From contig NC_042997.1 of assembly GCF_006345805.1 (NCBI RefSeq), positions 164,920,001-164,984,000 of the forward strand: a stretch of DNA of 64,000 nucleotides, written 5' to 3'. This DNA is from Octopus sinensis (taxonomy: Eukaryota). The notes beneath the pieces were generated by a model. The model was not told the origin of the DNA, made no database searches, and saw only the letters and a list, made by a program, of their open reading frames with translations. Shown here piece after piece: positions 27,560 to 41,310 of this stretch. Made by a program: the position numbers and the translations under genes. How positions within the stretch are numbered: the stretch's first letter is position 1; each line of letters begins with the position of its first letter.

Positions 27560-28050
27560 CACAAGGTGGGGGTTAAACAATGTTCCTCTTTCTCGTGGCT
27601 GTAGCAAAAGAGTTTGTGTAGGGAACGAGGCTAAAAGAATTGAGGACAGATACCATTGCATTTGGTGAAAATCTCATCGGCGTTTTTAAAGTTCGACTGA
27701 GAAAGCAAAGAGTGAAGTGTTCTGCTATAGTAAATTTGTCAAAAAGGGGTGGGTATCTATGGCAAAAATGGCCAGGCTAAATGGAATTATTCTAAGTATG
27801 TGCCTGCAGACTGGAAAATAGCGGTTGGACAAGGGCTTGTGTCCTTGGTGGGCAGTGTAATCTGTGGTGTATTTTGATTGGCCTCAATTGGAGGCTTTCT
27901 CTATCGGGAGGACTGTATGATTCATGTATTATTTTGTAATCTATGTATACTTTTTATTCTAGCTCTTACCTTCCCTTCCTTTTCCACTAATTTTTTATGT
28001 AATCCCTCCTCCACAAATTGTAAACTATCCTTGTAATGTCCCCTCTTCAG
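27560..28050 (+). mobile_element. Second Tx1-like LINE 3' fragment
   Basis: FKVRLRK...KFVK/WVSMAKMARLNG parallels the KR*VRVAKM segment at about 5215, followed by a T-rich 3' UTR. Confidence 0.4.
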
Positions 28051-28064
28051 ACGCACTTTTGACA

Positions 28065-28287
28065 CATGGCTATGATGCTCCCCAACTACTTCTACTCGTG
28101 ATCAAAAATGTACATATCATCAGCCACTAAGGGACATGCTCAACTGGTTAAGGTCAAACAACTGACAAGCAAATCTGTGGTATTGAGCAGAATATTTGCT
28201 GTAGCCCATCTTTTATACCAAGATAAAACAATGTACATGATAACACTTCCAATCAGTTAAGATCAGAAGCCATGAGAGCCACTGTCT
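28065..28287. repeat. Interspersed repeat family E (inverted copy)
   Basis: Reverse complement of 11640-11860. Confidence 0.85.
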
Positions 28288-28290
28288 TTA

Positions 28291-28332
<42 letters not shown>

Positions 28333-28334
<2 letters not shown>

Positions 28335-28778
28335 GGCGGCATGCTGGTAGAATCGTTAACATACCGGGCAAAATTGTTTGCGGCATTTTGTACGTCTTCA
28401 AGTTCCGAGTTCAAATTCTGCTGGGGTCGACTTTGCCTTTCATCCTTTCGGGGTCAATAAATAATTTAAGTACCAGTGAAACACCGGGGTCGATGCACTC
28501 GACTAGTTCCCTCCTCCCAAATTTCAGGCTTTGAGCTTATAGTAGAAAGGATTATTATTATTATTATTAAGGCAGTAAGTTGGCAAAATCGTTAGAACGC
28601 CGGGAGAAGTGCTAAGCGGTACATAGAACGTCGCTACGTTCTGAGTTCAAATTCCGCCGAGACCAACTTTGCTTTTCATCCTTTCAGGGTCGACAAAAAA
28701 AGTATCAGTTGAACACTGGAGTCGATATAAGTGATTCATCTCCTCCCGCCAAATTGCTGGCAAAATGTGAAACCACTA
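28333..28778 (+). mobile_element. Two head-to-tail SINE family A copies joined by (ATT)n
   Basis: Heads at 28333 and 28569, each preceded by (ATT)n. Confidence 0.9.
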
Positions 28779-28789
28779 TTATTTTCTCT

Positions 28790-29117
28790 TTATCATAGGT
28801 TTTGTTGGAGCTCCTGGAGTCTTGCATGCGTAGCGGGCTTACTACCTGCAGTCTACAGTACCATACTATTCGTTCTTTTCAGCTATCTAATACTTTCCTG
28901 ATTATTCTGGTCGTGCCAAGGAGGCACAGCTTTTGTAACAGTTCTACTGGGCACTCTATTCCAATTTCTTTCATATTTCTCTTGATGCCTTCTGATACTG
29001 TTCCCAAGGACCCAACAATAATTGGCACTATTTTCACCTTCTTCATTTTCCATAGCCGGGCTATTTCGTACTTAAGAGGGTTGTATCTATCAATCTATCT
29101 ATCTATCTATCTATCTA

Positions 29118-29156
<39 letters not shown>

Positions 29157-29700
29157 GCCTGTCTGTCTGCCTGCCTGCCTGTCTGCCTGCCTGCCTGTCT
29201 GCCTGTCTGTCTGCCTGTCTGTCTGCCTGTCTGTTCACCTTCCTTCTTGATTATTCGTGGGTCAAAGGGGCATGCAACGTCAACTATATAGCATGTGGTG
29301 CACCTTGTTTACCACCACTACGTCTGCTATGCTCTAGCACCTGATTTGTTTAGATTTGGAAATCCCAGAGGATTTTGCTAGTCTCCGATTCCTGCCGCTC
29401 TCTGCAGTTTGTGATCGTACCACGTCTTGCCTCTCTGTAGCCCCCACTTTTCGAACAGTTTCCAATGTAGCACTTTCGCTATCTGGCCGTATCACCACAA
29501 CTTGTAGTGGTTTTGGGCAAGCCAAGGGCATTCGTTCGTGATAAGGGCAATGGTTTCATCTACTCTATTGCAGATGCAGCACAGCGGAAGCACTTGCTCA
29601 TTCCTCAGGCTGACCCTCCAGTTCATGGCCAGAGCTTGGTCCTGCGCTGTTAGTGTAGTGCTCTCGGTCTCGTTTTTTTTTTTAGAGTTCATTTCATTAG
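28790..29700 (-). mobile_element. 3' part of an RLE-type non-LTR retrotransposon (R4/Dong-like)
   Basis: Minus strand reads CCICNRVDETIALITNECPWLAQNHYKLW (CCHC-like knuckle), QIAKVLHWKL, LWDFQI*TNQVLEHS/DVVVVNK/CYIVDVACPFDPRIIKKE and LKYEIARLWKMKKVKIVPIIVGSLG...LLQKLCLLGTTRIIRKVLDS*. Interrupted by a (TCTA)n(TCTG)n(CCTG)n tract at about 29085-29235. Confidence 0.85.
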
Positions 29701-29734
29701 CCAATCCCACCTATTTATTTATTATTATTATTAA

Positions 29735-29935
29735 TGTAGTGAGTTGGCAGAATAGTTAGCACGCTGGACGAATCCTTAACGGAACTTTATGTTCTAAATT
29801 CAAATATTACCGAGGTTAATATTGCCTCTCATTCTTTTGATGTCGATAAAGTACCAATGAAGTACTGGGGGATGAATCAATCTACTAACTCCCTCTCTAA
29901 AATTGCTGGCTCTGTGCTAAATATTGAAACAATTT
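29735..29935 (+). mobile_element. SINE family A copy
   Basis: gagttggcagaatagttagcacgctgg...aaattgctggctctgtgc, preceded by (ATT)n. Confidence 0.8.
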
Positions 29936-30658
29936 TTATCATTATTATGTTTACATATTTTACTATTTAGAAAAATTCAATTTCCATTATTGTTATAAAA
30001 TAAAACATTTCGTTGCCACCTTCTAACTGAAAATGATTAATTTAGATTGAAGGTCTCAATATATTACAATGTTGATATATTTCCACAGGTTACGATTCGA
30101 AGGGAATAAATAAATGAATATGTTTACATTTGGGGACAAAAAAAAAGAGTTTTCAGAACAAAAATAATCTTTTTAAAAATACAGATGATAATTAGAACTA
30201 ATTTCTTTAAATATTTTAAATTCCTCATTAGGAGAGGTACTAAACTACATAAACTTGATTAAATAATAGTCCAGTAGTATGCGACGAGTACCGATGCCTC
30301 TTATATTTCTGTTTTTTATTTTTCAATTTTACACAAGTCAACATCGAGTCACCGTTCTTTCGTCACACAAGATGGCACTCAGCTGTCCACCATTTTCTAT
30401 CATGAAATGCTTTTGTTCATTCACAATTACGTATTCTAGTAAGCCATTTCAGGTACACGGTGCTGATTTGAAATGATCAAAATATTTATCTTGATTTCAT
30501 TTTCTATAAAATACTTTCTTTGCGAAAGGAAACACTTTCTTTTTTACTTTTGAAAAGGTAAACAGTTTTACTTTATTGGGGCATCAGATAGCAAGTCAGC
30601 AACAAGAGTATTCTAGTTGCTTGCAGTCTTTATTTAATTTTATTATCATTTTACATTT

Positions 30659-30878
30659 AAAGGCGGTGCGCTGGCAAAATCGTCTGCACGCCGGGCAAAA
30701 TGCTTAGCGGTACTTCGTCCGTCTTCACGTTCTAAGTTCAAGTTCCATCGAGGTAATCTTTGCTTTTCATCTTTTCGGGGTCGTTAAATTAAGTACTAGG
30801 GAAACACTGGAGTCGATGTAATCAACTAGTCCCCTCAACCCCAAATTTCAGGCCTTGTGCCTTTAGTAGAGAGGATTA
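30659..30878 (+). mobile_element. SINE family A copy
   Basis: aaggcggtgcgctggcaaaatcg...caggccttgtgcctttagtagagaggatt. Confidence 0.88.
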
Positions 30879-32099
30879 TCTTACATTTCGCACTACAAAT
30901 CTTATTCTCTCTTCACATTTAACCCATTGCATATTCTGTGCATCACATATGATACAAAGGACATAATTCCTGGGCGTCCATGCATCATTTATAATACACA
31001 TTCCCAATTTTTTTCCATACCCTCAGCGTAACTTGGGACTTACGAAAGTAAAGTTTATACGAAGAGCTTATGAAAGAAGGGCTAATTAAAAATCAGAAAC
31101 AAGCATGTATGTTTAGGAAAAATTTATGAAAATGATTTGGACAAAAAGAGGTTAAACAACTTTTCATAGCAAAAAGTGAAAATGTTTTCTTGAGGAAAAG
31201 CAAAAGTTTATAATTTTTAATATAAAGGATACTCGAATATGTTGTCTTTAATTAATTGTTTAATAACATCTTCATTTAGAACAAAAGATTAACGGATCTC
31301 TGTAGTAATTTTTTAAATTCTACCATTAAGAAAGGCAAATTTTTGCTCTTCAAATCATATTCTCGCTTTGTATTATCCTTTTACACTTCTGTAAATTTTA
31401 TTCTTCAGTTTACATTTAAACAACCTTCACTATGGAACGAAATCGAAAACTTGAAGCAACAAGTGAAAGAATGAAACGATACAGGCAAATGATGAGGAAA
31501 AGAAGGGAATAAAAGCAAGTACATAAAACCAACGGTTAAGAGCCAGCGTGCCTGATCACGAATATGAAGTACACGCATGGCATTAAAGAAAAAGTCAACA
31601 GATACGAAGAGAGAACACAGATGGTGAACAGTTGAACTGGTTATATATGCCACAAGAGAGGGAAAGAGAGAGAGAGAGAGAGTATAAAAATTGAAAGAGT
31701 ATTCTAGTGTCCAAGAAGTGGAGAAATCAAAGTACAGGGATCTTGAAATTGAAGTAAGTCGGATGTGGAACTAAATCAATATTAACGATAATTTAAGCTA
31801 TTATGAAAATGAAGACAGTTTAACCGAAGCATGTGATGTGCTATGATAAAACGAGAAGTAATGAACAAAAAATGCATTGACTATACCAAGGCTTGTAATA
31901 TTAGTTGCATAAAGTCCATAAGACAGTCCTGTTAAGCATGGCCTGCATTCTACGCAAGAAACGTTCAGTTCCTAGCTCAACTTAAACAGTATAAAATCAG
32001 GACACAATACAAAGCCTATATACACTAATTATCCAAAGACATATCAGAGCTCACACTACTCATATTCTACGGAATAACTACCACAACACATTCTCTATA

Positions 32100-32316
32100 C
32101 CACGGGGTGCTGAAAAGATCCTGGCTTTAAGGGTGTCGCGAAAGGCCTGGCTAGAGGTCCTACCTTCCGAGTTCTTTTTAAGGGCTTGGAAAAAGTGAAG
32201 GACCGCTGAAATAAATGTGTGAATCTGAGAGGGGAATATGTTGAATAAAATCATAATTAACTGATCCTCCTGTATTTTCGCGTACCCAAAGCCAGGGACC
32301 TTTCAGCATCCCCTCG
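32100..32316 (+). mobile_element. Non-autonomous mariner/Tc1 deletion derivative
   Basis: TA on both sides and about 28-bp imperfect TIRs (..GGGGTGCTGAAAAGATCCTGGCTTT / AAAGCCAGGGACCTTTCAGCATCCCCTCG). Retains the transposase C-terminus DR*NKCVNLRGEYVE*. Confidence 0.88.
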
Positions 32317-33039
32317 TACAATTACCGTTCAATATTATAACTCAAAGCATATGAGATACAAGACACAACAGCAAATATGTACTCTATCATCCGACATTTA
32401 AACAACACCACCCGCACAGCATATACGGTACGAAACATTAACGCCACCAAACAATATAATACAATCCACCTTGCACTACATTACTCTATACAACAGATGA
32501 AAGACTAAAATAACAAATAAAACACAAACAAACATAATTAGATAAAACTACATTCACAAAAGACAATGATGCACATATGTCAGGACTGTGGTGGGGAACT
32601 TGGAGGGGTGGAAATGCGCATAAAACTTCTGAAATTTGGTTTTAACCTTTTAGCAGTCACAGTACTCTATCACATGCAATGCTTTTTATTCACATTGTTT
32701 TGAATTAATCATGAAATATCTCATGGCGTCGAGATTTTGATGATGTGATTGTTTATTTTTAGAATGACATTGTAGAGTATGTGAGAGAGGCCAGACCTAG
32801 TCTGTTTGAACACAAAACAAGAAGAATATTTGGGCCAGATGCTAAAGGGTTAAATAATTGTTTCTAATTCAAGGGCAATAGTTTTGAGGGAAATTTGTCA
32901 GTAGGTTACATTGACACCAATAGTTGGCTGCTACTTTGTTTTATCGAGCACGGAAAGAGGAAAAACAAATTTGACCTTGGCGAAATTTGATTTCAGAAGG
33001 TTAAAATCTGGAACAAATGCCTCAGGACGTTTTCTCTGT

Positions 33040-34390
33040 CACACTAACAAATTTGTCGTTTCAAAATTTGGTCCAACACCAGAAATTCTGAAAGGATGCA
33101 TCAGTCAATTACATCGACCCTGGTGCTCGACTGGTACTTATTTTATCGACCCCGAAAGATTATTAGGCAAAATCGACTTCAGCTAAGAACGTAAAGAGCC
33201 GGAAGAAATGCCGCTATGCATTTTATCCGTATCACAAATGATGCTGACAGCTTACCGCCTTCACTGGGTACTTTATTTTATCGACATAAGAGGGATAAAG
33301 GCAAAGTGGATGTAGTCGGGATTTGAACTCAGAATGTAATGACCTGGAATAAATGCTGCAAGACGCTTCTTTTCCGACGCTCTAACGATTATACCAATTA
33401 TATTTATAATAATTGTTTCTAATTTAGACACAAGGACAGAAATTCCGAGGGGATGAGTAGTTGATATCATAATCTCCGGTACATGTCCGGTACTTTATTT
33501 TATTTACTCCGAAAGGATGAAAAGCAAACATTACGTTGGCATGATTTGATGTCAGAACCTAAAGAACTTTAAACATTTTGTCCGATGTCATAACGATTCT
33601 ACCAATCTATAAGCAAATTTGTGTGAAGGGGATAATTGATGCCATCGACCTCAGTATTTGACTAGTACTCAATTTCATTGATGCAAGATAGATGAAAGGT
33701 ATCAATAGGATTTGATCTCAGAGGTGGAACAAATAGCACAGAGCATTTTATCCGATGCTCTATCGATTCTGTCAATCCACCAGCAATAATAATTGTTTCT
33801 AATTTTGGCATATGACCCATAATTTTAGTACTTGACTGGTACTTCATATTATCGACCCCCGAAAGGATGAAAGACAAAGTCATCTTCAGTGGTTGGTCTC
33901 AAATTTTGGTACAAAGTCAATAATTTTTAGTGAAGAGATTTAGTCAACCCCAGTACTTATTTTATCGACACTGAAAGAATAAAAGACAAAGTTGACCTCG
34001 GCAGTATTTGGATTAAGAATGTAAAGAGCATTTTGTCCGACGCGCTAACAATTCCTCCAGTTTACCACCTTAATAATCTTTTCTGAGATTTTGTGGGAGG
34101 GGATGGTCAGTTACATCGACACCAATGCTTAACTGGTACTTATTCTATCGACTCCGAAAAGGATGAAAAGCAAAGTCGACTTTGGCTGAATTTAAGCTCA
34201 GAACGTGAAGCCAGAAGACATGCCGTTAAGCATTTTTTGTTCGGCATGCTAACTATTCTGTCCGTTCGCCACCTTAGTTTACCACCTTGATAATAACAAC
34301 AATAACAGCAATAATTTCTGATATAAGCACAAGACCACACACATTCAGGTCAAGATCAATTGATAATATCGACTTTGATACAAGACTGGC
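33040..34390 (-). mobile_element. Head-to-tail array of about 6-7 diverged SINE family A copies
   Basis: The motif ggtact..ttt(t)atcgac..gaaaggatgaaa..aaagtc recurs about every 170-250 bp. Confidence 0.85.
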
Positions 34391-36204
34391 ACCTATTTGA
34401 TTCACTTGCGGGGAAATCTACCAAATACTGTTAATAAATATTAGCAACACTGAAATATAGACAAATAAAATAGTTTACCTACCTATTAATACATTGGAGT
34501 ATAAACACAGTTCATCTGACCACAACGTTAGACTGCACTTAATATCTCAGTTCCACTAAAGATATGCTGTGTAAATGAAAGGAATTGGATTTTAAAAAGA
34601 AAGTGGGGAAAAATACGGCTCACATTTCTTGATTTTGCTAGGCAATTAAATCATAGGGAGAAAATTTTTAGATAAGAAGAGACAGAGAGAAATCAACCAA
34701 TAAGATGCAGCGGTAGTAGTAGTAATGATGGATATAATAACTTGGTGATATAGTGATTGCTGCAGAGAGGTGGAACGGATATAAACTACTCTATTAGCAT
34801 TGTCGGTGCCATTCTCCCCAAAACAACAACAACAACAACAACAACAAGTAGTGGTAGTGCTGTCGGTCTGCTGAGTGATTCATTGCACTGACAAAGAATA
34901 GAAAGTGAACCATGAAATAATTCTTTTTAGCTCCAAATCAGCTAGCTTACTGAACGCTTCTATTGGTGCAATGGTAATAATAATTTTTTTTATATATATC
35001 AATCCCAAACTATAGACAGCTGCTATTGTAACGTTTGAAGTTTCAAACTGCAAAGATGCTAGACACAATCCTGTTATATAATTTATTTCTCCTTTTTTCT
35101 TTTCCTTTTTTTATATTTTTACAAAATTAAAAAAGGAAAGCATGTGTCAAAATAAGGAACAAAAGAAAAAGAGTCATCTTTGATGATTTGTCGTCATTTT
35201 ATACATGGTTGGAGACACCTTTTCACTGACATTCACTTTGTGTTATGCTAAATTGTTTTGAAATATAACAGAGCTTGTATAAATCTTTCTTTTTTATTCT
35301 CTTATTTACCTGTTTGGTTTGCCGGTTTTCTTTATGTTTTGGAAGCGCGACAATTTTTTTTTTCGGAAGATCGCTATATTTAAAGCATTGGAATACGGAG
35401 GTGGGATCTTTAAGTGTTTTCGTTCAATTGACTCTAAATGGTGACGACACGTTTAAACCTACACCCTAATTTTTCACTCTCAACACATCCAGACCGCCTT
35501 TCAGAACAGTCACACAGACTATTAAACTCTCGTATTTTTGCTTTAAACAGATTTTATAGCCTCAAATGAAAATGGAAATTTAAATGCTTGTTCGTGTTTT
35601 TTTTTTCTCCAAGCGGAAAGAAATTTAAAGTGACTAGGAAAAATACATTTTCGTCGTCAACCTACAAACTGAAATCAACGTCAGTTGAAACAAATCTTCA
35701 ACTAAAAACGCTCTGTTGTTAAATCATCACGTTTTATCAACAGTTGCGTATTTCACTCGACAGAACTGAAAAAAACAAAACAGTATATTAATGACAAGGG
35801 CAGCGGAAGCAATAAGAAAATGAATCAATGAATAAAAAATAAGAGAATTTGTTGAAAAAGTAGACAACTCCTGCTAACATGTCACCAAAGATATGGTCTG
35901 TCCCTACATTGTGTCCCACTGAATTGTTAAGCTACTATGAAAGAGACAAAAAAGAAATGAGTTGAAAAGGGAGCTTCAGTTTAGATAACCAGTTTACTAG
36001 AAACAGCCGCTAAATAACCTCGAATGGACACTCTGGAATAATGTACCCGTAGATATACTATGTCTGGAAAAGAAAAAAAGCAGGAGGGTTATGGCTGGAG
36101 CTCTTTGGATATAGGTTTACTTGATCAGAAGTGACCTGGGGTGGGTTTAAACAACAGCCAAATACATGTGGTTTAAACAACAACTAAATACATAATGGTT
36201 TCAA

Positions 36205-36620
36205 AGCCAGAAGTTTAGGGGTGAAGTAAGTCGATTACATCGACCCCAGTGCTTAACTGGTACTTATTTCATCAACCTTGAAAGGATGAAAAGCAAAGTC
36301 GACCTCAGAAGAATTTGAACTCAGAACGTGAAAACGGACGAAATGCCGCTAAACATTTTGCCCGGCATGCTAACGACTCAACCAGCTCACCGCCTTAACC
36401 AAATACATAATAATGAATCCATATTTTGGATCAAGCAGTTTCGGAGGAAGGGGTAAGTCGATTATTTCGACCCCAGGGGTCAGCTGATACTTACTTATCG
36501 ACTCCGAAAGGATGAAAGGCAAAGTCAACATCAGCGGAATTTGAACTCAGAACGTAAAGACGGCTGCTAAGTATTTTGCTCAGCGCACTAACGATTCTGC
36601 CTGCTCGCCACCTTAACCAA
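36205..36620 (-). mobile_element. Two tandem SINE family A copies
   Basis: Both end in ccagctc(a/g)cc(g/a)ccttaaccaaata. Confidence 0.88.
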
Positions 36621-36996
36621 ATAATAATAAATCATAGAATATATGAGTCCGTTGTTGTTGTTTAGCCCCAGGTCAACATTGAAAGAGCAGACCTATATTC
36701 AAAAGGCGTTCAAATCATAATTAGCCAATCTTCTTGTACATCTACGAGTGCATTATCCTATGTGCACTAACTTTTCGAAGATGGCAGGCTGATGAAAATT
36801 TGATTGTTATTTCTAGCAGACAGAGATTCACATGCTGGCTTGTAGTAAACGGTTCTGGCATATAGAAATAAAACTCTGTCAGCCAACTCAATAGCATATT
36901 TTTTCGCAGAAGTGTAAAATGTTTTTGCAACCCTACACCGACTCAGTTACCTGGAAAGTAATAGACTGAAGTGTGTGTGTGTGTGTGTGTGTAGGG

Positions 36997-37310
36997 GTTC
37001 TTACATGCACATTTCCAAGATGGTGGCAATGTGCAGGCGAATGTCCGGATGGATTCTAAGAACTCTCACAACAAGGGATCAGGAAACTATGCTGGTTCTA
37101 TGGAGGACATTTGTCCTCAGCCGTCTGAACTACTGCTCTCAACTGTAGCCACCCCACAGTATCAAATTAATAGCGGAATTTGAGGCAGTGTTACACCATC
37201 AATGGAACAGCTGAGCTACCGGGAGAGACGGAAAGAGTTACGACTACTCCCTGAAACGACGACGGGATAGATACGCAGTGATATACATATCGAAAATCTT
37301 GGAGGTGTTA
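36997..37310 (+). mobile_element. Decayed CR1-like fragment related to 19366-21990
   Basis: ggatggattctaagaactctcacaacaagggatcaggaaactatgctggttctatggaggacatttgtcctcagcc aligns to 21298-21375. Confidence 0.8.
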
Positions 37311-37522
37311 GATAAAATTCATTTAGGGACTGATCTGGTCTGAAGAAATTTTCTGGCATTAAAAAGACAGCCTATTTTTTTGAATGCAGCTTTGGTAATG
37401 ATGAACAAAACAAGGTTGCTATGAAAGACCATCAAAAGATTGCAAGAATCAGCATTTCAGTGAAGTTTTAGCTGTCTTCTTCATGTATTATGATGATACA
37501 ATATAATATTGTACTCTCAAAT

Positions 37523-37727
37523 TAGGCGGCGAGCTGGCAGACTCGTTAGCACGCCGGAGAAAATGCTCTACGACCTTTCGTCGTTTTTACGTTCTATGTT
37601 CAAATTCTTCTGAGGTCGACCTTACTCTTCATCCTTTTGGGAGTATCAGTTAGACACTAGGGTAGATATAAATGAGTTACTCGCCACCTCTGAAATTACT
37701 GGCCTTGAGCCAAAATTTGAAACCAAT
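37523..37727 (+). mobile_element. SINE family A copy
   Basis: aggcggcgagctggcagactcgttagcacgccgg...ggccttgagccaaaatttgaaacc. Confidence 0.88.
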
Positions 37728-38565
37728 ATTGTACTCTTAATATATGCAGCCACTCGGTTATGATTTAATAGACTAGGTGTTTGATTTCAAAGGTAGAATC
37801 GCAAGGTCAGTTGCATGTGGCGGGATTTGAACTCAGAACGTAAAGGAACAAAAGTAAATATCTTTATAGTGATTTATTCTCTGCTAAGCTATTTCTGATC
37901 CTTCATACATTAATTGAACTTATTTCTTTGATAAAACGGTTAATATGCAAAACTTTCACATCGATGTGGTTAAAAGTTCATTTTCTAACCACCTGTCTAC
38001 GAGTTCGATCTTAATGCACGCTAGTTTCTTTTTTTTTTTAATATCTTAGCTTCAAGTTAACGAATGCCATAAAGGCAGAAGCTTAATATATGACTATGTA
38101 TGTTATTTAAAGCTTATGTATCTGCGTATACTTATGTAAATGGCGTGTCGAGTTGGGACTACCAACAAAAACATCAACAACAAAAACATTCCACACAGAA
38201 ATAGTTACGGGGGTCAATATGACCGGCTAAAAGCTCTCGAAGGTCGTACCCCAGCTTGGTAGCATTTCAATAACTGAAAACCAGATAAAGAATAAAAGAT
38301 TGAAAGTATAATAAAGTATGTATGAAATGTATGAGTGGAAATGGTTAGTATGACTCCGAATATGACACATATGTTAATGAATGCATAGACTGTCTGCTTT
38401 ACGTTATTAATTCAGTATCTTGCGGTGAGAGATAAAATTTTACGAGAGGCAGTTTGTTTAACCGGATTTTTGAAATATGCGTCTTTAACACACTGGAGTG
38501 GATTCATAAACATACATACATACTTACATACATATATATATAATGTATATATATATATATGTGCG

Positions 38566-38605
<40 letters not shown>

Positions 38606-39054
38606 ATGTATATATTGTGGAAGAAATAAAATAAACATTCTAACTGTATCAAAATATATCAGCTGCACATCAAATAAATTAGTGGCTCCTCCCATCCACC
38701 GCAATAAGCTGCCGTGTTGACAGTGTCTTCGTAGTGTCTGGTACAATATCTTGCAACATTTGTTTTGATTATCTGCGCTCTGAGTTCAAATCCTGCCGAT
38801 TTCAGCTTTGTTTTTTATACCTTTGGGACGATAAATTAAACATCAGCCAAATACTAAAATCTATCCTTCCTTCTGTTTTCTCTCTATCTCTCCCTCCCTC
38901 ATCTTCTCTCTCTTCCTCATCCTCTCTCCCTCCCTCCCCCCCTCTCTCTCTGTGAGTTGCCTTTAGCCTTCAAGAAGGTATCTTGTGCAAAAAGCCTGAA
39001 AGGATGCAACGACAAATCATATGTGCATTCTCTCACGAAATTTGTGTAACAAAG

Positions 39055-39085
<31 letters not shown>

Positions 39086-39253
39086 AACAAACACACACAC
39101 AGATGTGTGTGTACATGTACATATATATATACTACATAATATAATTATGGATACTTAGATAAGTTTCTGACAGAATTGGCGCAGGCCATGTCTGACTTAA
39201 TAGCACCGCTTGACCTAAGCATATACATAGATAAATGCGTATATATTTATATA

Positions 39254-39317
<64 letters not shown>

Positions 39318-39352
39318 ATATATATATATATATATATATATGTTTGTATGTA

Positions 39353-39428
<76 letters not shown>

Positions 39429-39464
39429 TATGTATACATACGTATGTATGTATATATAAATATG

Positions 39465-39900
39465 TAGAAAAATACAAACTGGAACAAGAACGTAAAACAT
39501 TTAGAAGACGATACAAAAAACACGGACGGGACATTCGAAGCCTTCAATCTTCAGTCAAGAACCGGATCATCCTAGCAATTTCGGCTGATTAATCTTGAGA
39601 TCGCTCCGATCCGGCCAGCCCCAAGGAAAAACTAAGCTACGAGCATTAGATTTCTTGGAAGAAGGATCGAATGTATACGAAACAGGGACAGAAAAACGGA
39701 CGATGCCACACGAATATAAAATACAAAAAACAATAATGGTAAAAACAGGACAAAAACAGCGGGTGTCTTACGACTAATAAACAGTACAACAAGTTTAGCT
39801 GGCGTATTTGGAAATAATGCCTTTATCGGCAGACGAAGACAACGATGTTCTCACGGCAGTGGTCGGAGGCCAAAGGGCTGATTTTGACCAGCGGTCACGT
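39465..39900. repeat. Interspersed repeat family Q (copy 1; copy 2 at 52300-52665)
   Basis: Shared gaacaagaacg..aatcttcagtc..gaaccggatcatc..aatttcggctg..ccggccagccccaaggaaaa; both copies start next to (TA)n. Confidence 0.85.
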
Positions 39901-39971
39901 GATGAAGAGAGAGAAAGAGGGCAAAGGAATGTATATATATATGTATATATATGTATATATATATATATATA

Positions 39972-40189
39972 TCTTTTACTCTTTTACTCTTTTACTTGTT
40001 TCAGTCATTTGACTGCGACCATGCTGGAGCACCGCCTTTAATCGAGCAACTCGACCCCGGGTCTTATATTTTTGTAAGCCCAGTACTTATTCTATCGGTC
40101 TCTTTGCCGAACCGCTAAGTAACGGGGACATAAACACACCAGCATCGGTTGTCAAGCAATGCTAGGGGGACAAACACAGACCCACACAT

Positions 40190-40244
<55 letters not shown>

Positions 40245-40407
40245 TACGACGGGCTTCTTTCAGTTTCCGTCTACCAAATCCACTCACAAGGCTTTGGTTG
40301 GCCCGAGGCTATAGTAGAAGACACTTACCCAAGGTGTCACGCAGTGGGACTGAACCCGGAACCATGTGGTTGGTAAACAAGCTACTTACCACACAGCCAC
40401 TCCTACG
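39972..40407 (-). mobile_element. SINE family C with internal microsatellite
   Basis: Reverse complement of 41311-41712, with a (CTTTTA)n tail and internal (CA)n(TA)n. Confidence 0.9.
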
Positions 40408-41310
40408 CACACACACAGTGTATAGATGAAAATGAAATATTCTACGTACAGAATATACATTGTAGTGCTCAATATTTAATACATTAAATACAAAAATATG
40501 TATATATATTTAGATACAAACCTTAGAAAAAGGGTTTGATTTACACAGAATAGAAATGATGTCAAGAATTAAAGGGGTTCAAGAAAAGTGTTATATAAAT
40601 ATTTGTCTTTTGAGTGTGTATGTGTGTATTTGTGTGTGTGCGTGTGCATGTTTTGCTCTGAATATATGTAGGTATATATGTCTATGTATATATGTGTCAA
40701 GTTTAATTGTGTGTATCTGTATTACTACCTCCACATCAAATCGTTTTAGATGTCTCTTATAACGATTTTGACGCCGTGAGCCATGCTCTCGATGAAGAAC
40801 TCGGAGTTTTCATTCAAATTCATTTGAACACTACCCCGTGTTTTTTTATACCGAGAATATCTAACTCCCACTTATAGATTGTATATACTTATGGAGCCCG
40901 ATTTTGAAAGAGTGCCACATCTGATGCGAAATTCTAAGCTTTTTGATGGCTAAAAAGCTCATGTAGAATATTAGAAATCAGCTGACAGAATTATGTGACT
41001 TTACAGAAAGGTTGATAAAGTAATTCAATTTGATAACGATTGAAATGAGGAGGAGGGACGCACACATCTATAGACAAGATGAAAGTTTTGCACAACATGT
41101 ACCCCTCTGAATTGTAATCAACTGCAGAGTGACTCCGAGAGAAAACTTAGGTTCGGACAACGCGATGGAAGGTGGGAATAAGAATATTGGAATGACTTAG
41201 AGAAAGGTCATTCAAAATCGTTGCGTTTGAAGGAAATTTGTCAAAGAGCTATAGGTTCGAAAAGATTATGAATTAGAAAATCTCTATAAGAGGTGAAAGT
41301 ATTAACTATA

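Noticed and set aside
31413-31660. TATA-like box and possible first exon on the minus strand (likewise CCAAT/TATA-like motifs near 34695-34785)
   Set aside because: TATA-like words are ubiquitous in this AT-rich, TA-repeat-rich DNA, and there is no independent support.
28333-34390. Regularly recurring SINE motifs superficially like a CRISPR array
   Set aside because: Eukaryotic context; the repeats are diverged SINE bodies of about 200 bp without constant repeat-spacer geometry, and there are no cas genes.
39525-39555. CTGAAGA..GCTTCGAA(T/C)GTC on the minus strand in family Q (also 52400-52430 and a similar string near 1815-1845)
   Set aside because: Lacks the full GAAA/A15.1 and a stem I. 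It could be a decayed HHR but cannot be supported from these copies.
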